Origin: an uncultured Phycisphaerales bacterium
GTDB lineage: Bacteria > Planctomycetota > Phycisphaerae > Tepidisphaerales > Tepidisphaeraceae
DNA length: 64,000 nt
NCBI GenBank assembly: GCA_963758525.1
Contig: CAVWVQ010000003.1
Coordinates: forward strand, 1 to 64,000
Reading direction: 5' to 3'
The notes under the pieces were generated by a model that worked only from the letters and a program-made list of their open reading frames with translations, was not told the DNA's origin and searched no databases. This document shows, piece by piece, positions 54,764-64,000 of this stretch. Numbering within the stretch: position 1 is the stretch's first letter; each line of letters opens with the position of its first letter. A program made the position numbers and the translations under genes.

Positions 54764-55341
54764 TGAAAGCCGTATTCGATCCGGCTCCGCCCTGGGAAGG
54801 AGCGCGACGCGAGTTCCTGATACTCTGGCATGGTTGCACGCATCTGGATTCCGAAGGCGTAGGCGCTGGAATCGATCTGACCAGGAGCAGGACCAACTTG
54901 GATTTCGGAAGAGGATTTTATACGACGACACTGCGGCGTCAGGCTGTACACTGGGCGGTACGGCGATTCGATTCGCGTTTCGTTGCGAAGTTGAATAACT
55001 GGCCGGTTGTGCTGCGATTTACGGTTCGGCGGGCAGAACTTGCGGAACTGAAAAGCATGAGTTTCGTTTTGGCCGCGTACGAACACGAAGATTACTGGAG
55101 CTTGGTGCAACATTGTCGCAGGAGTCGGGCTGGCAAGGTGAATGATCATCTTGGGCCGGTGAGCGACGACGGGCATTGGTATGATGCCGTGTCCGGGCCA
55201 GTTGTAGCCGACTGGCGGCAGCGTGCGGCACTGATAGGAATGGACCAGGTGAGCTTTCACACGCAGTCTGCCGTCGCACTGCTGGATGGCGCGATCCGGT
55301 CTGGAAGTGCGGAAAGGTACGAATGCGATATCAACCTGTAG
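54763..55341 (+). CDS. DUF3990-like protein (ADP-ribosyltransferase-like fold)
   Basis: LWHG..IDLTRSRTNLDFGRGFYTT..QA..WA, YDAVSGPVV, QVSFHT; TGATG coupling to sufB. Confidence 0.75.
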   Translation: MKAVFDPAPPWEGARREFLILWHGCTHLDSEGVGAGIDLTRSRTNLDFGRGFYTTTLRRQAVHWAVRRFDSRFVAKLNNWPVVLRFTVRRAELAELKSMSFVLAAYEHEDYWSLVQHCRRSRAGKVNDHLGPVSDDGHWYDAVSGPVVADWRQRAALIGMDQVSFHTQSAVALLDGAIRSGSAERYECDINL

Positions 55342-55370
55342 CACGCAAGGCGGCTGAAGCCGACGGTGGT

Positions 55371-55613
55371 GTGAAGTTGCCTGTCGTTATCCGACAGTTC
55401 TGGGCTGACGTCCAAGCGCGGCTTCATCGCCACCACAAGCTTCCGATGACACAGGCGCGAAACGCCGTGCGCACCTACCGGCGACGCGTCGGAAACGTCG
55501 CGATGAATCAAGGGGAAATTGAAACTGCAGCCGATATTGCCGCTGCGGTTCGAGCTGGCGGATTCGCGTCTCTTTCGGGTCCGCGGCCGGCGCGGGTTGC
55601 GGTCGAGGTCTGA
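55371..55613 (+). CDS. Small hypothetical protein (possible partner of the DUF3990 protein)
   Basis: GTG start; helical FWADVQARL...AVRTYRRR...IETAADIA; fills the gap before sufC. Confidence 0.5.
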   Translation: MKLPVVIRQFWADVQARLHRHHKLPMTQARNAVRTYRRRVGNVAMNQGEIETAADIAAAVRAGGFASLSGPRPARVAVEV

Positions 55614-55658
55614 CGGCGGCGCCGACGACGGTTTTATTTATCTTTTCGGATGCCAAGA

Positions 55659-56429
55659 ATGCGTTTGCTCGAAATCAAGAATCTGCACGCAAAAGTAGCT
55701 GAACGCGAGATCCTCAAGGGGATCAATCTCACGGTCAACGCCGGCGAAGTGCACGCGATCATGGGCCTGAATGGCTCGGGCAAGAGCACGCTTGCGCAGG
55801 TGATTGCTGGTCGCGAGACCTATGAGGTCACCGAAGGCGAAGTTCTGTATAACGGCAAAGACATACTCGATCTGTCTGCCGAGGAACGGGCCCGCGAAGG
55901 CGTCTTCCTCGCGTTTCAGTATCCGGTGGAGATCCCCGGGGTCAGCACCAGCTACTTCCTCAAGGCCGCGGTCAACGCCATTCGCAAGTATCGCAACGAA
56001 TCGGAACTCGATGCGGTCGCGTTTCAGGCGCTGGTCAAGGAAAAGATGAAGCTGCTGCAGATGGATTCGAGTTTGATGCGGCGCGCCGTGAACGAAGGAT
56101 TCTCGGGCGGGGAGAAGAAGCGGAACGAAATCTTCCAGATGGCCGTTCTCGAACCCCGTCTGGCGATCCTGGACGAAACGGATTCGGGCCTGGACATCGA
56201 CGCGCTCAAAACGGTCTCGCACGGCGTCAATTCACTGCGAAACCCCGATCGCGCCATCGTTGTGGTGACGCACTATCAGCGCCTGCTGGATTTCATCGAG
56301 CCGGATTTCGTTCACGTGATGCTCAAGGGCCGGATCGTCATGTCGGGCGACAAGAACCTCGCATTGAAGCTCGAAAAGCAGGGATACAAATGGGTCGAGG
56401 ATCAACTGCCCCCGCCCTCGGCCGCCTGA
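55659..56429 (+). CDS. sufC: Fe-S cluster assembly ATPase SufC
   Basis: GLNGSGKST, FQYPVEIPGV, NEGFSGGEKKRNE, DETDSGLDID. Confidence 0.98.
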   Translation: MRLLEIKNLHAKVAEREILKGINLTVNAGEVHAIMGLNGSGKSTLAQVIAGRETYEVTEGEVLYNGKDILDLSAEERAREGVFLAFQYPVEIPGVSTSYFLKAAVNAIRKYRNESELDAVAFQALVKEKMKLLQMDSSLMRRAVNEGFSGGEKKRNEIFQMAVLEPRLAILDETDSGLDIDALKTVSHGVNSLRNPDRAIVVVTHYQRLLDFIEPDFVHVMLKGRIVMSGDKNLALKLEKQGYKWVEDQLPPPSAA

Positions 56430-56446
56430 ATTCGTGAGTCATCTCC

Positions 56447-57793
56447 ATGACCCAACTGATGGAACACAAGGACACGTATCTCAGCAGTTTCGCCCGTCTC
56501 AAGGACGAAGCGGGCAATGGCGCGCACCCCTGGTTGGAAAAACTGCGGAAGAGCGCCATCGACCGCTTCGCCACCGTCGGATTCCCCTCGACGCGCAGTG
56601 AGGAATGGCTTCATACCAACGTCGCGCCCATCGCACGCACGCCCTTCCGCCCTGCCGGCGGGCAGGCCGATCTCGCGCGTAGCGCCTTCTCGCAGTATAG
56701 CTTCGCCGACCAGGCAGCCGTCGAGCTGGTTTTCGTCAATGGCCATTACCGCTCTGAGCTTTCAACGGTGCGCCCTCTGGCCAAGAACGTGCGCGTGTTG
56801 AGTCTCCCCGACGCGCTGCAATCGCATGGCGAGCGCATCGAGCAGCACTTGACGCGATACGCCGACATCAATAACAACCCGTTTGTCGCTCTCAACACCG
56901 GCTTTTTGCAGCACGGGGCGTTCGTTCACATTCCGCGGGGCGCTGCGCCGGACCGGCCGATTCACCTGCTGTTTCTCTCGGCTCCCTCCAGCGAGCCGGT
57001 GGTCGCGCATCCGCGCGTGCTGATCCTCGCCGACGACACTTGCGAGGCGTCGATCGTCGAGACATATGCTGCCACTGAGCCAGGCGTCTATTTCAATAAC
57101 GTCGTGACGGAAATCGTCGTGGGGCATGGCGCTCGCGTGGAGCATTGCAAGGTGCAGCAGGAATCGCTGGCCGCTTTTCACGTCGCGACCACCGAAGTCC
57201 GCGTCGGGCGGGCCGCCTATTTCCTGTCCCACTCGGCTTCACTCGGGTCGCAACTGACGCGAAACGACCTCAACGTCGTTCTCGGAGGCGCAGGCGGCGA
57301 AGCGATGCTCAACGGTGTAACGCTCATCACCGGCAATCAGCATGTGGACAACCACACCGTGCTCGATCATAAGGAGCCCCGCTGCCCGAGCCACGAGCTC
57401 TACAAGGCGGTTCTCGACGGCAAATCGAGCGGCGTGTTCAAGGGCAAAATCCGGGTCCGACCCGGCGCGCAGAAAACCGATTCGAAGCAGAGCAGTAAAA
57501 CTCTGCTTCTCTCGGACGACGCCCTGATGCACTCGCAACCGGCCCTGGAAATCTACGCCGACGACGTGAAATGCACGCATGGCTCGACCACCGGCCCCGT
57601 CGACGATCAGCAGATCTTCTATCTCCGCTCCCGCGGCGTCAGCCTCGAAGCCGCCCGGCATCTGCTCACGTACGCTTTCCTCGCCGAGGTCACCTCGCGC
57701 ATCCGCATCCGCCCCGTCCGCGACCGCCTCGAAGCCATCATGGCGGATCGTCATGGGTTGCCGCAGGATTTGCGGGTAGCAGATATCGGGTAA
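56447..57793 (+). CDS. sufD: Fe-S cluster assembly protein SufD
   Basis: EEWLHT, AQKTD, PALEIYADDVKCTHGST, FYLRSRG. Confidence 0.97.
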   Translation: MTQLMEHKDTYLSSFARLKDEAGNGAHPWLEKLRKSAIDRFATVGFPSTRSEEWLHTNVAPIARTPFRPAGGQADLARSAFSQYSFADQAAVELVFVNGHYRSELSTVRPLAKNVRVLSLPDALQSHGERIEQHLTRYADINNNPFVALNTGFLQHGAFVHIPRGAAPDRPIHLLFLSAPSSEPVVAHPRVLILADDTCEASIVETYAATEPGVYFNNVVTEIVVGHGARVEHCKVQQESLAAFHVATTEVRVGRAAYFLSHSASLGSQLTRNDLNVVLGGAGGEAMLNGVTLITGNQHVDNHTVLDHKEPRCPSHELYKAVLDGKSSGVFKGKIRVRPGAQKTDSKQSSKTLLLSDDALMHSQPALEIYADDVKCTHGSTTGPVDDQQIFYLRSRGVSLEAARHLLTYAFLAEVTSRIRIRPVRDRLEAIMADRHGLPQDLRVADIG

Positions 57794-57797
57794 GACC

Positions 57798-57914
57798 CCG
57801 GCGACAAGTCGCTCGGCTCTGCGCTGGCGCGACTTCTCACGCCCCACGCGCGACCAATTTTTCTGTGGGGTCCCCGGCCTCGCGCCAGAGCACAGCCGAG
57901 CGACTTGTCGCCGG
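57798..57914. repeat. REP-like palindromic pair between convergent sufD and PfpI genes
   Basis: CCGGCGACAAGTCGCTCGGCT / AGCCGAGCGACTTGTCGCCGG arms. Confidence 0.8.
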
Positions 57915-57971
57915 ACTCATCGCGCGACCCTCTCATTCCCGAAAGCCGTCCGATCGGTACCCGCGGATGCC

Positions 57972-58559
57972 TTACCCCCGCGACTCCGGCGGAATCGTCT
58001 CGATCACCCAACTCGGCGCAATCGGCTTCCCCTTCACCCCGGCGGGACTTTTGCCGCTGACGAGTTGCAGAATTGCATCACTGAACGCGGGAAGATCGTC
58101 GGGGCACCGGGCGGTGATGATCGGGCCGTCAACGACACATTCTTCGTCCACCCATTTCCCCCCCGCGTTGACCACGTCGTGGACGATCGACATGTAGCTC
58201 GTGCAGCGCCGGCCGCGCAGAGCGTCGGTGGAACAGAGCATCCATGGGCCGTGACAGATCGCGGCCATGGGGATCTTCTTCGCGGCCGCGTCCCTCACGA
58301 GCTTGATCATGGCTCCGTCGCGCCGCATGTGATCGGGGCTGCTGCCGCCGGGGATGACGATCAGGGCATAGTCCGCGGCTTTCACATCCACGGCAGCCTT
58401 CTCCGATTTCTGCGGGTAGCCGTGTTTTCCGACGTACGTTTCCCCGGCTTTCGGTCCGATAACGTCGACGGTGTGGCCGGCTTCCTTCAGCCGCAGGCGC
58501 GGGTACTGCAGCTCGAGGTCTTCGTAGACTTTTTCGACAAGGATTGCGATTTTTGCCAT
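57972..58559 (-). CDS. PfpI/DJ-1 family (type 1 glutamine amidotransferase-like) protein
   Basis: YEDLELQYP, IPGG..PD, AAICHGPW, DDLPAF. Confidence 0.93.
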   Translation of the reverse strand: MAKIAILVEKVYEDLELQYPRLRLKEAGHTVDVIGPKAGETYVGKHGYPQKSEKAAVDVKAADYALIVIPGGSSPDHMRRDGAMIKLVRDAAAKKIPMAAICHGPWMLCSTDALRGRRCTSYMSIVHDVVNAGGKWVDEECVVDGPIITARCPDDLPAFSDAILQLVSGKSPAGVKGKPIAPSWVIETIPPESRG

Positions 58560-58828
58560 GGCGCAATTATCCCCTGATTATCTCCCCCTTTCCACTAGCT
58601 CGACTCCCCGCCCCGGGGTGCCCGAAGATCCGGAAGTAATGAATTCGGCGCTGTTCGGCAGCGCTGACGGCGCCGCGCCCTGATTTCTCCTCCACAATGC
58701 TCCGGCGTCAGTGCCGCCAGCTACCCAAGGATTCGACCACAATTTCCCGGAAACACACGCAAGCCCGAAACCGCAAATTCCCGCCCCGGCGCTTGGCGGT
58801 TCAAGTGCGGCTAGCGTACTATTCGACC

Positions 58829-59057
58829 ATGCAGCGGGACCTGCTCAATCGGATCACGTTCGAGCGGGAAGTGCGGCGGCAAACCGTGCATACGGGGATT
58901 GCGGATACGGGTAAGCGATATTCTCGACTTGCTCGCCGCGGAAGCGACCGTTGACGAAATCCTGCGTGATTACGCATTTCTGGAACGCGACGATCTATTT
59001 GCGGCCCTCGCATATGCGGCGCATGAAACGGATCATGTGGTCCTTCCGACCTCATGA
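58829..59057 (+). CDS. DUF433 antitoxin, frameshifted
   Basis: LLNRIT..GKCGGKPCIRGLRIRVSDILDLLA..EILRDY..L..DDLFAALAYAA. Confidence 0.85.
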
Positions 59058-59382
59058 AGAGAATGGTAGACAATCAGTTGCCGCTGCAACTTGCTGTCCA
59101 CCTGCGCACTTGGGGGCTGGATTCCATTCACGTTCTCGAGAATTCCTGGAACGGGCGTCGGACTTGGAAATATGGGCCCATGCCCTGAACGAGGACCGGG
59201 CCGTGATCAGCAAGGACGAAGACTTCGTCATTCTTGCGAGCCGGCCCGGTGACTCCGGACGATTGATCTGGGGACGGCTGGGGAACTGCCGCAATTCCGC
59301 ACTCCTGGCCGCATTCGACGCTGCGCGAATCGGGATTATTCACGCACTTAACATCCGTCAGCGCGTTACCGAGGTTCGGTAG
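59054..59382 (+). CDS. DUF5615 PIN-like toxin, frameshifted or eroded
   Basis: ATGA overlap; VDNQLP, ASDLEIW, VISKDEDF, RLGNC. Confidence 0.8.
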
Positions 59383-59515
59383 AGCGCCCGAGCCGACCGA
59401 TAATGCGCCATTGCCTGCACACCTGCTCAGAATGCAGCCGCGATCGCCGAAGAAGATAGTCGGAGAGTACCGCGGGCATGCCGGGTCCGGTACATTCCCC
59501 GCGGAGAAAGATTGA

Positions 59516-60748
59516 ATGGGCCTGACATTGCGATGGGTTGGCGAGAGCGACTACGACCGCGTGGCGGACGTGCGCCTGCGCTGCTATGCGCACTCGCTCA
59601 AGGACGCCGCGCGGTACCGCGATGGCATTCGCGCCGACCGCCGCGCGGTGGGGAATGCGTATCTGCTGGCAGAGCAGGACGGAACGGCCGTCGGCACCAC
59701 CGCAAGTCTGACCTTGCAGATGTGGGTGCGCGGGGCGCGCGTCCCTTGTCAGGGAATCGCTTACGTCGGCACCATTAAAACGCATCGGCGCGGCGGCAAA
59801 GCTGCGGGCGGCGGGATCGCGACGCAACTGATGAACGCGGCGCTGCGCCGGGCGCGCGACGAGCAGCTCGCGGCGACGGCACTGATGCCCTTTCGATCCA
59901 GTTTTTACGAGCACTTCGGCTACGGCACCGTCGAGACGCGACACAACTGGACCATCCCGATGTCGCTGCTCCCGGCAGGAGCGTTTGACGGAATGCGGTT
60001 CTATGAGCCGCAGGATCGCGCCGCGATCGAAGCGGCCCGGCAACGCAGCGCGGAGCGCGGGCAATGCGATATCGAACGGCCGAGCCATTATTGGGACTGG
60101 GTCCTGCAACGCGCTGAGGACGGTTTCATCGTGATCGATCGACCTTCGATCAACGGCGATATCGCCAGCTATCTGTGGCTGCAGCACCATCACGAGAGCG
60201 GACAGGAGCAGCTCAAAGTGATGGACGCCGCCTTTGATGATGTTGCCGCCCTGAAGCGACAGCTTCATTTCCTCGGCAGTCTGCGCGATCAATACAGTTC
60301 AGTGGTCTATCCCTTCCCGGCGGATTTCCAGGCCAACTGGCTGCTCCGCGAAGTACAGCTCCCCCACCGCCCGGTGACGCACTCGACAGCAGAAGTGCGC
60401 ATCGCCAATCGCCTGCAGGTTCGCGTGCTGGATCATCAGAAATTCATCGAGCCAATGCATCTGCCCGCCGGCGCCAAGGGGCGGGCGGTGATCGGCGTGC
60501 ACGAGACGGAGGGTCACGTCAGCCGATTTGCGATCGACGTGGTTGCTGGCCGAGCCTCGGTGAAACCCACTAACGCAACGGCCGAATTTGAGGGTTCTGA
60601 TCGGATTTGGGCTGCCATTGTCTGCGGAGAACTGCCGGCATCACAGGCAGTTGCCCTGGGGTTGGCCACGTCCGCTACGCCAGCCTGCGCAACGTTCCTC
60701 AGCGTCTTCTCCGACGGGCCCCGTCCGTTCTGCCGTGAAAACTTCTAA
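59516..60748 (+). CDS. Eis-like GNAT acetyltransferase with SCP2-like tail
   Basis: GIAYVGT..HRR..GIATQLM, LMPF..SFYEHFGY, C-terminal PFCRENF. Confidence 0.88.
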   Translation: MGLTLRWVGESDYDRVADVRLRCYAHSLKDAARYRDGIRADRRAVGNAYLLAEQDGTAVGTTASLTLQMWVRGARVPCQGIAYVGTIKTHRRGGKAAGGGIATQLMNAALRRARDEQLAATALMPFRSSFYEHFGYGTVETRHNWTIPMSLLPAGAFDGMRFYEPQDRAAIEAARQRSAERGQCDIERPSHYWDWVLQRAEDGFIVIDRPSINGDIASYLWLQHHHESGQEQLKVMDAAFDDVAALKRQLHFLGSLRDQYSSVVYPFPADFQANWLLREVQLPHRPVTHSTAEVRIANRLQVRVLDHQKFIEPMHLPAGAKGRAVIGVHETEGHVSRFAIDVVAGRASVKPTNATAEFEGSDRIWAAIVCGELPASQAVALGLATSATPACATFLSVFSDGPRPFCRENF

Positions 60749-60785
60749 TAAAGATTCGCCTCGCTCGTGATCGTTTATAGCCGCA

Positions 60786-60930
60786 CTAGTGGTGCATTCC
60801 ATCTGAATTCGCGGTTCGGTCGCCTGTAGGGCGATTCATCCCGCCGTGCCTTCTGTGAGACGACAGACCACGGCGGGATGAATCCCGCCCTACGTTGTCC
60901 GCCCGAATTTCGACGGGAATGATCCACTAG
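60786..60930. mobile_element. MITE-like element with CTAG ends carrying a GTAG-type REP pair
   Basis: CTAGTGGTGCATTCC / GGAATGATCCACTAG (13/15); internal GTAGGGCGATTCATCCCGCCGTG...CACGGCGGGATGAATCCCGCCCTAC (60826-60893). Confidence 0.6.
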
Positions 60931-60968
60931 CTAGGCAACATCAGCCCAGAGTCTGTCGCGATCCCGCT

Positions 60969-61046
60969 GGTTAGCCGCGAGGCGGAGCGGAGCGTGTATT
61001 CGGCGCCGACGTAGAATACGCGCTCCGCTGCGGGTCGCGGCTGACC
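60969..61046. repeat. REP-like palindromic pair (TTAGCCGC family)
   Basis: GGTTAGCCGCGA..GCGGAGCG / CGCTCCGC..TCGCGGCTGACC. Confidence 0.7.
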
Positions 61047-61145
61047 CGGGGGAACAATCGCGAACCGATCCGTGGCGCAAAAAATGATTTTTCATTGACT
61101 CAACTTGACACCATGCTATAGATGCACGTGCATCAGGAGTGGTTC

Positions 61146-62375
61146 ATGGCAATCCAGCCGATCGTCCCCTCGCCGCTTCCCCAGCAGCCCGGAGGTGTTA
61201 AGCCCGCCGGCCCGCCAGCGCCGCGCTCCGCGACGGCGTCGATTCCGGCGAAGGACGCGAAGGGCAATCCGCTCCCTCCCGGCGCTGTGCCCGTCGGTGC
61301 GCCAGTCGAAGGCCCGCCGCCCGCGGACGCGAATCGCGATCAAGCGGTGCCGCTGAACTTTTTCCAGCAGCCGTGGGTCCAGAACGTCTTGCCGTTCGTC
61401 ACGTCGCTGATGCTGCACGCGACGGTGATCATCATCGCAGTCCTGACGGTGAAGGCGATTCAGATCATCAAGGCTCCACCCGCCGAAGAGCAGATCATCA
61501 TTCCCGATTCGAACATGGTTGAGAATGGGCCGCCCGGCGGCGTGCCCAATGTGGGTCTGGGCGATAATCCATTCAAACAGGCGCAGCAGGATACGACGCC
61601 CGACGGCGGGACCAAGTCGGGCTGGGCGGAGAAGGCCGGTCCGTCTGCCAATATTGAATCGGCTGGCGGCGGCAGTGGCGATTCCAGCGATTCGGTTATC
61701 AGCGTCGGTCCCGGCGGCGGCTTCGGGCGCGGCAAGGGGCTGGGCTCGGGCAATGGCGGGAGCGCTGGATCTGGCGCCGGTGATGGCTCGGGGGCGCTGG
61801 CGGCGTTTGGAACCCCGGGGGGCGGCGGGATCGGGCCGCAGGGGCCCGTCTTTGGGCATGGCGGAAACGCCCGGACGATCCTCTTCGTCTGCGACTGCAC
61901 CGGCTCGATGATCAATAAGATCGCTCAGCTGAAAATCGAACTCAGCCGGGCCGTCCAAAACCTCAAACCCATTCAATCGTTCAACATCGTATTCTATCAG
62001 GACGAGAAGGTGCTGAAGCTCAGCGGCGCGCTGATTGCCGCAACCTCCGAGAACAAGCGAAAGGCCGAAGCATGGCTGGGTGACATCGTTACCGCGGGCA
62101 CCACCGATCCCGTGCCCGCGCTGGCCTTTGCGCTGGGAGAGAAGCCTCAACTGATGTATTTTCTCACTGACGCCGCAGACTTCCCCGATGTTGCGGCGGT
62201 CCAGAATGTCTTCCGAAAGCTGAACGGCGATCATAAAACCAAAGTGAATACGATCCTGTTTGTCGAGTCGAAGGAAGAGCAGGAAGCCAATAAGGAGTCA
62301 GAGCCGCTCATGCGGGGGATTTCGGGCGAGAACGGCGGCGTCTTCAAATGGGTAAGATTGGATCAATTGAATTAG
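61146..62375 (+). CDS. Membrane-anchored vWA-domain protein (TonB/ExbBD-associated)
   Basis: AGGAG RBS; SLMLH TM anchor, Gly-rich linker, MIDAS-like DCTGSM, GTTD, FLTD. Confidence 0.8.
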   Translation: MAIQPIVPSPLPQQPGGVKPAGPPAPRSATASIPAKDAKGNPLPPGAVPVGAPVEGPPPADANRDQAVPLNFFQQPWVQNVLPFVTSLMLHATVIIIAVLTVKAIQIIKAPPAEEQIIIPDSNMVENGPPGGVPNVGLGDNPFKQAQQDTTPDGGTKSGWAEKAGPSANIESAGGGSGDSSDSVISVGPGGGFGRGKGLGSGNGGSAGSGAGDGSGALAAFGTPGGGGIGPQGPVFGHGGNARTILFVCDCTGSMINKIAQLKIELSRAVQNLKPIQSFNIVFYQDEKVLKLSGALIAATSENKRKAEAWLGDIVTAGTTDPVPALAFALGEKPQLMYFLTDAADFPDVAAVQNVFRKLNGDHKTKVNTILFVESKEEQEANKESEPLMRGISGENGGVFKWVRLDQLN

Positions 62376-62671
62376 CCGAAGGAGGCCCTGGCCCCTGCAA
62401 GGATCAGCGGTGACAGAGACGCGATTCCGGCCGCCGGATGCTTGCAGAACAAGCCAGCCTTTTTCAACCCTCAGACCCCGCGCAGAGGCAGCGAGATCGG
62501 CTCCAGCCCTGGTGCGTGGCGAGGGAGAATTTGTAGGGTTGATGACTTGCGATTCGCGATTGTCGATTGAGGCCGACAGACATCTCCATTTTTGCTCGCC
62601 ACCTCCATCCAAACAATCCGGCTCAGGTCGGAGATCCGGTTTCTCCGCATCGCGGAGGAAGGACTTCTAAC

Positions 62672-63619
62672 ATGCGTCGTTGGTATCGATCCGCCAGGAT
62701 CAGAATTGCCCTGCTCGTCCCGGTGCTGCTGGGATTCTTCTTGGTTGGCACCACATTCGCTCAGGATGCTGCCGCCCCCAAAGTGGAACCAGAGGGTCTG
62801 TTTTCTCTGCTGATTCACAGCGCTGACCCGGTGACCTACATCATCCTGCTGCTGTCGGTGGCCGGGCTGACGCTGATCATGCAGGGCTTTCTCAAGAATC
62901 GGGCTTCGGTCTTTATGCCTTCCGAGAGCACGGAACATATCCGGGAGCTGATCGGCCAGAAGAAGTTCAAGGAGCTGATTGAATACACGGAAACGGATCC
63001 GAGTTTCGTGAGCAAGGCGCTGAATCCGGCCCTCAAGCGTGCCCCCAGCTTCAGCAGCATGAAGGAAGCCATGGAAACCGCGATCGGCGAACAGACCGCC
63101 GAGCAATTTCGACGAATCGAGTATCTCAACATCATCGGCAACCTCGGCCCTCTGCTGGGACTGCTGGGAACGGTGCTTGGCATGATCGTGGCGTTCAGCG
63201 CCATGAAGGCGGCGGGCGGCAGCGCCAATCCAGGCGATCTGGCCGGCGGTATTTCCAAGGCGCTGTGCCACACGTTCGAGGGTCTGGCACTTGCCGTTCC
63301 GTGTCTGGCTTGCTTTGGAATCCTGCGCACGATCGTGGACCGGCTCACCGTGCAGGGGGCGTTGGTTGCCGAGGAACTCCTGCTGATGGTCAAGCCGGCG
63401 GATAAGCCCGCCGTGGCACCGGGCGCTCGCCCGCAGGCCGGCGTGCCCCAGCCTCAGGCGCCGCGCAAATGCCGGCGCCGCCGGTTCCGGCCCCGGCGTC
63501 TTGATCAGACGATTCTTCAGTCGTCGCGGCACGGCGCCGGAAAGTCGGCCGTCGCTGCGCGGCATCGAAACGGCAGAGCCGCTGCGCCAGAATCACGCCG
63601 CAATGGTGACTGCATCTAA
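62672..63619 (+). CDS. MotA/TolQ/ExbB proton channel family protein
   Basis: GPLLGLLGTVLGMIVAF, LAGGISKALCHTFEGL. Confidence 0.92.
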   Translation: MRRWYRSARIRIALLVPVLLGFFLVGTTFAQDAAAPKVEPEGLFSLLIHSADPVTYIILLLSVAGLTLIMQGFLKNRASVFMPSESTEHIRELIGQKKFKELIEYTETDPSFVSKALNPALKRAPSFSSMKEAMETAIGEQTAEQFRRIEYLNIIGNLGPLLGLLGTVLGMIVAFSAMKAAGGSANPGDLAGGISKALCHTFEGLALAVPCLACFGILRTIVDRLTVQGALVAEELLLMVKPADKPAVAPGARPQAGVPQPQAPRKCRRRRFRPRRLDQTILQSSRHGAGKSAVAARHRNGRAAAPESRRNGDCI

Positions 63620-63661
63620 GAAAACCCGCGGTCGTCCGTCTGCAATCAAAATAGGTGAGCG

Positions 63662-64000
63662 ATGAAAAAGCACGTCATGCCGGAGATGAAGGAAGGCGGC
63701 GTTAACGTCACGCCGCTGATCGACATCGTCATGTGCCTGATCATCTTCTTCATGCTGGTTGCGAAGATCGGCGTGACCCGCGGGGATCTCAAGAGCGTTG
63801 TTCTGCCCAAAACCATCCTCGGCAAAGAGATCAAGGACTTCAGCAACACGCTGACGCTGAATGTGCTGCCGACCAACCTCGATGATCCGCAGGTTTCCAC
63901 GCTCGTCGATGGCCAGCCGCGCGACATCAAGATTTACGATCACCTGGGCGGCCAGACGGATCAGCCGTTGTTGCGCATTCTCAAGGAGTTTAAGGCAACC
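63662..64000 (+). CDS. ExbD/TolR family biopolymer transporter (runs off the window)
   Basis: Manual translation MKKHVMPEMKEGGVNVTPLIDIVMCLIIFFMLV. Confidence 0.9.
   Translation, partial: MKKHVMPEMKEGGVNVTPLIDIVMCLIIFFMLVAKIGVTRGDLKSVVLPKTILGKEIKDFSNTLTLNVLPTNLDDPQVSTLVDGQPRDIKIYDHLGGQTDQPLLRILKEFKAT

Overview
GC-rich bacterial chromosome segment, almost certainly Planctomycetota. The 16S rRNA 5' region, the DUF1552/DUF1592 pair and the vWA-ExbB-ExbD cluster suggest Phycisphaerae/Tepidisphaerales-like. Many genes are split by 1-bp indels, most likely uncorrected long-read errors. Housekeeping content: a stand-alone 16S rRNA gene with its own promoters, processing stem and terminator; tRNA-Arg(CCT) and tRNA-Ser(TGA); rimO, coaB, cinA, rnr, an orphan atpG, iscA-sufB-sufC-sufD, MoxR/DUF58/transglutaminase, an ECF sigma cassette and a ClC channel. 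The first ~4 kb look like a defence-island edge: JAB deubiquitinase-like plus ThiF/E1 genes, a small basic protein, a HEPN protein and a RAYT transposase relic. The most unusual signals are (i) three non-canonical tRNAs (Thr-Tyr-Trp) directly behind a 14-codon remnant of the EF-Tu N-terminus, (ii) the prokaryotic ubiquitin-like JAB+E1 module and (iii) a DUF3990 (ADP-ribosyltransferase-like) two-gene insert translationally coupled inside the suf operon. Intact and decaying toxin-antitoxin modules, REP-like palindromes and MITE-like elements fill many intergenic gaps. All family assignments are by eye from motifs; no searches were run.
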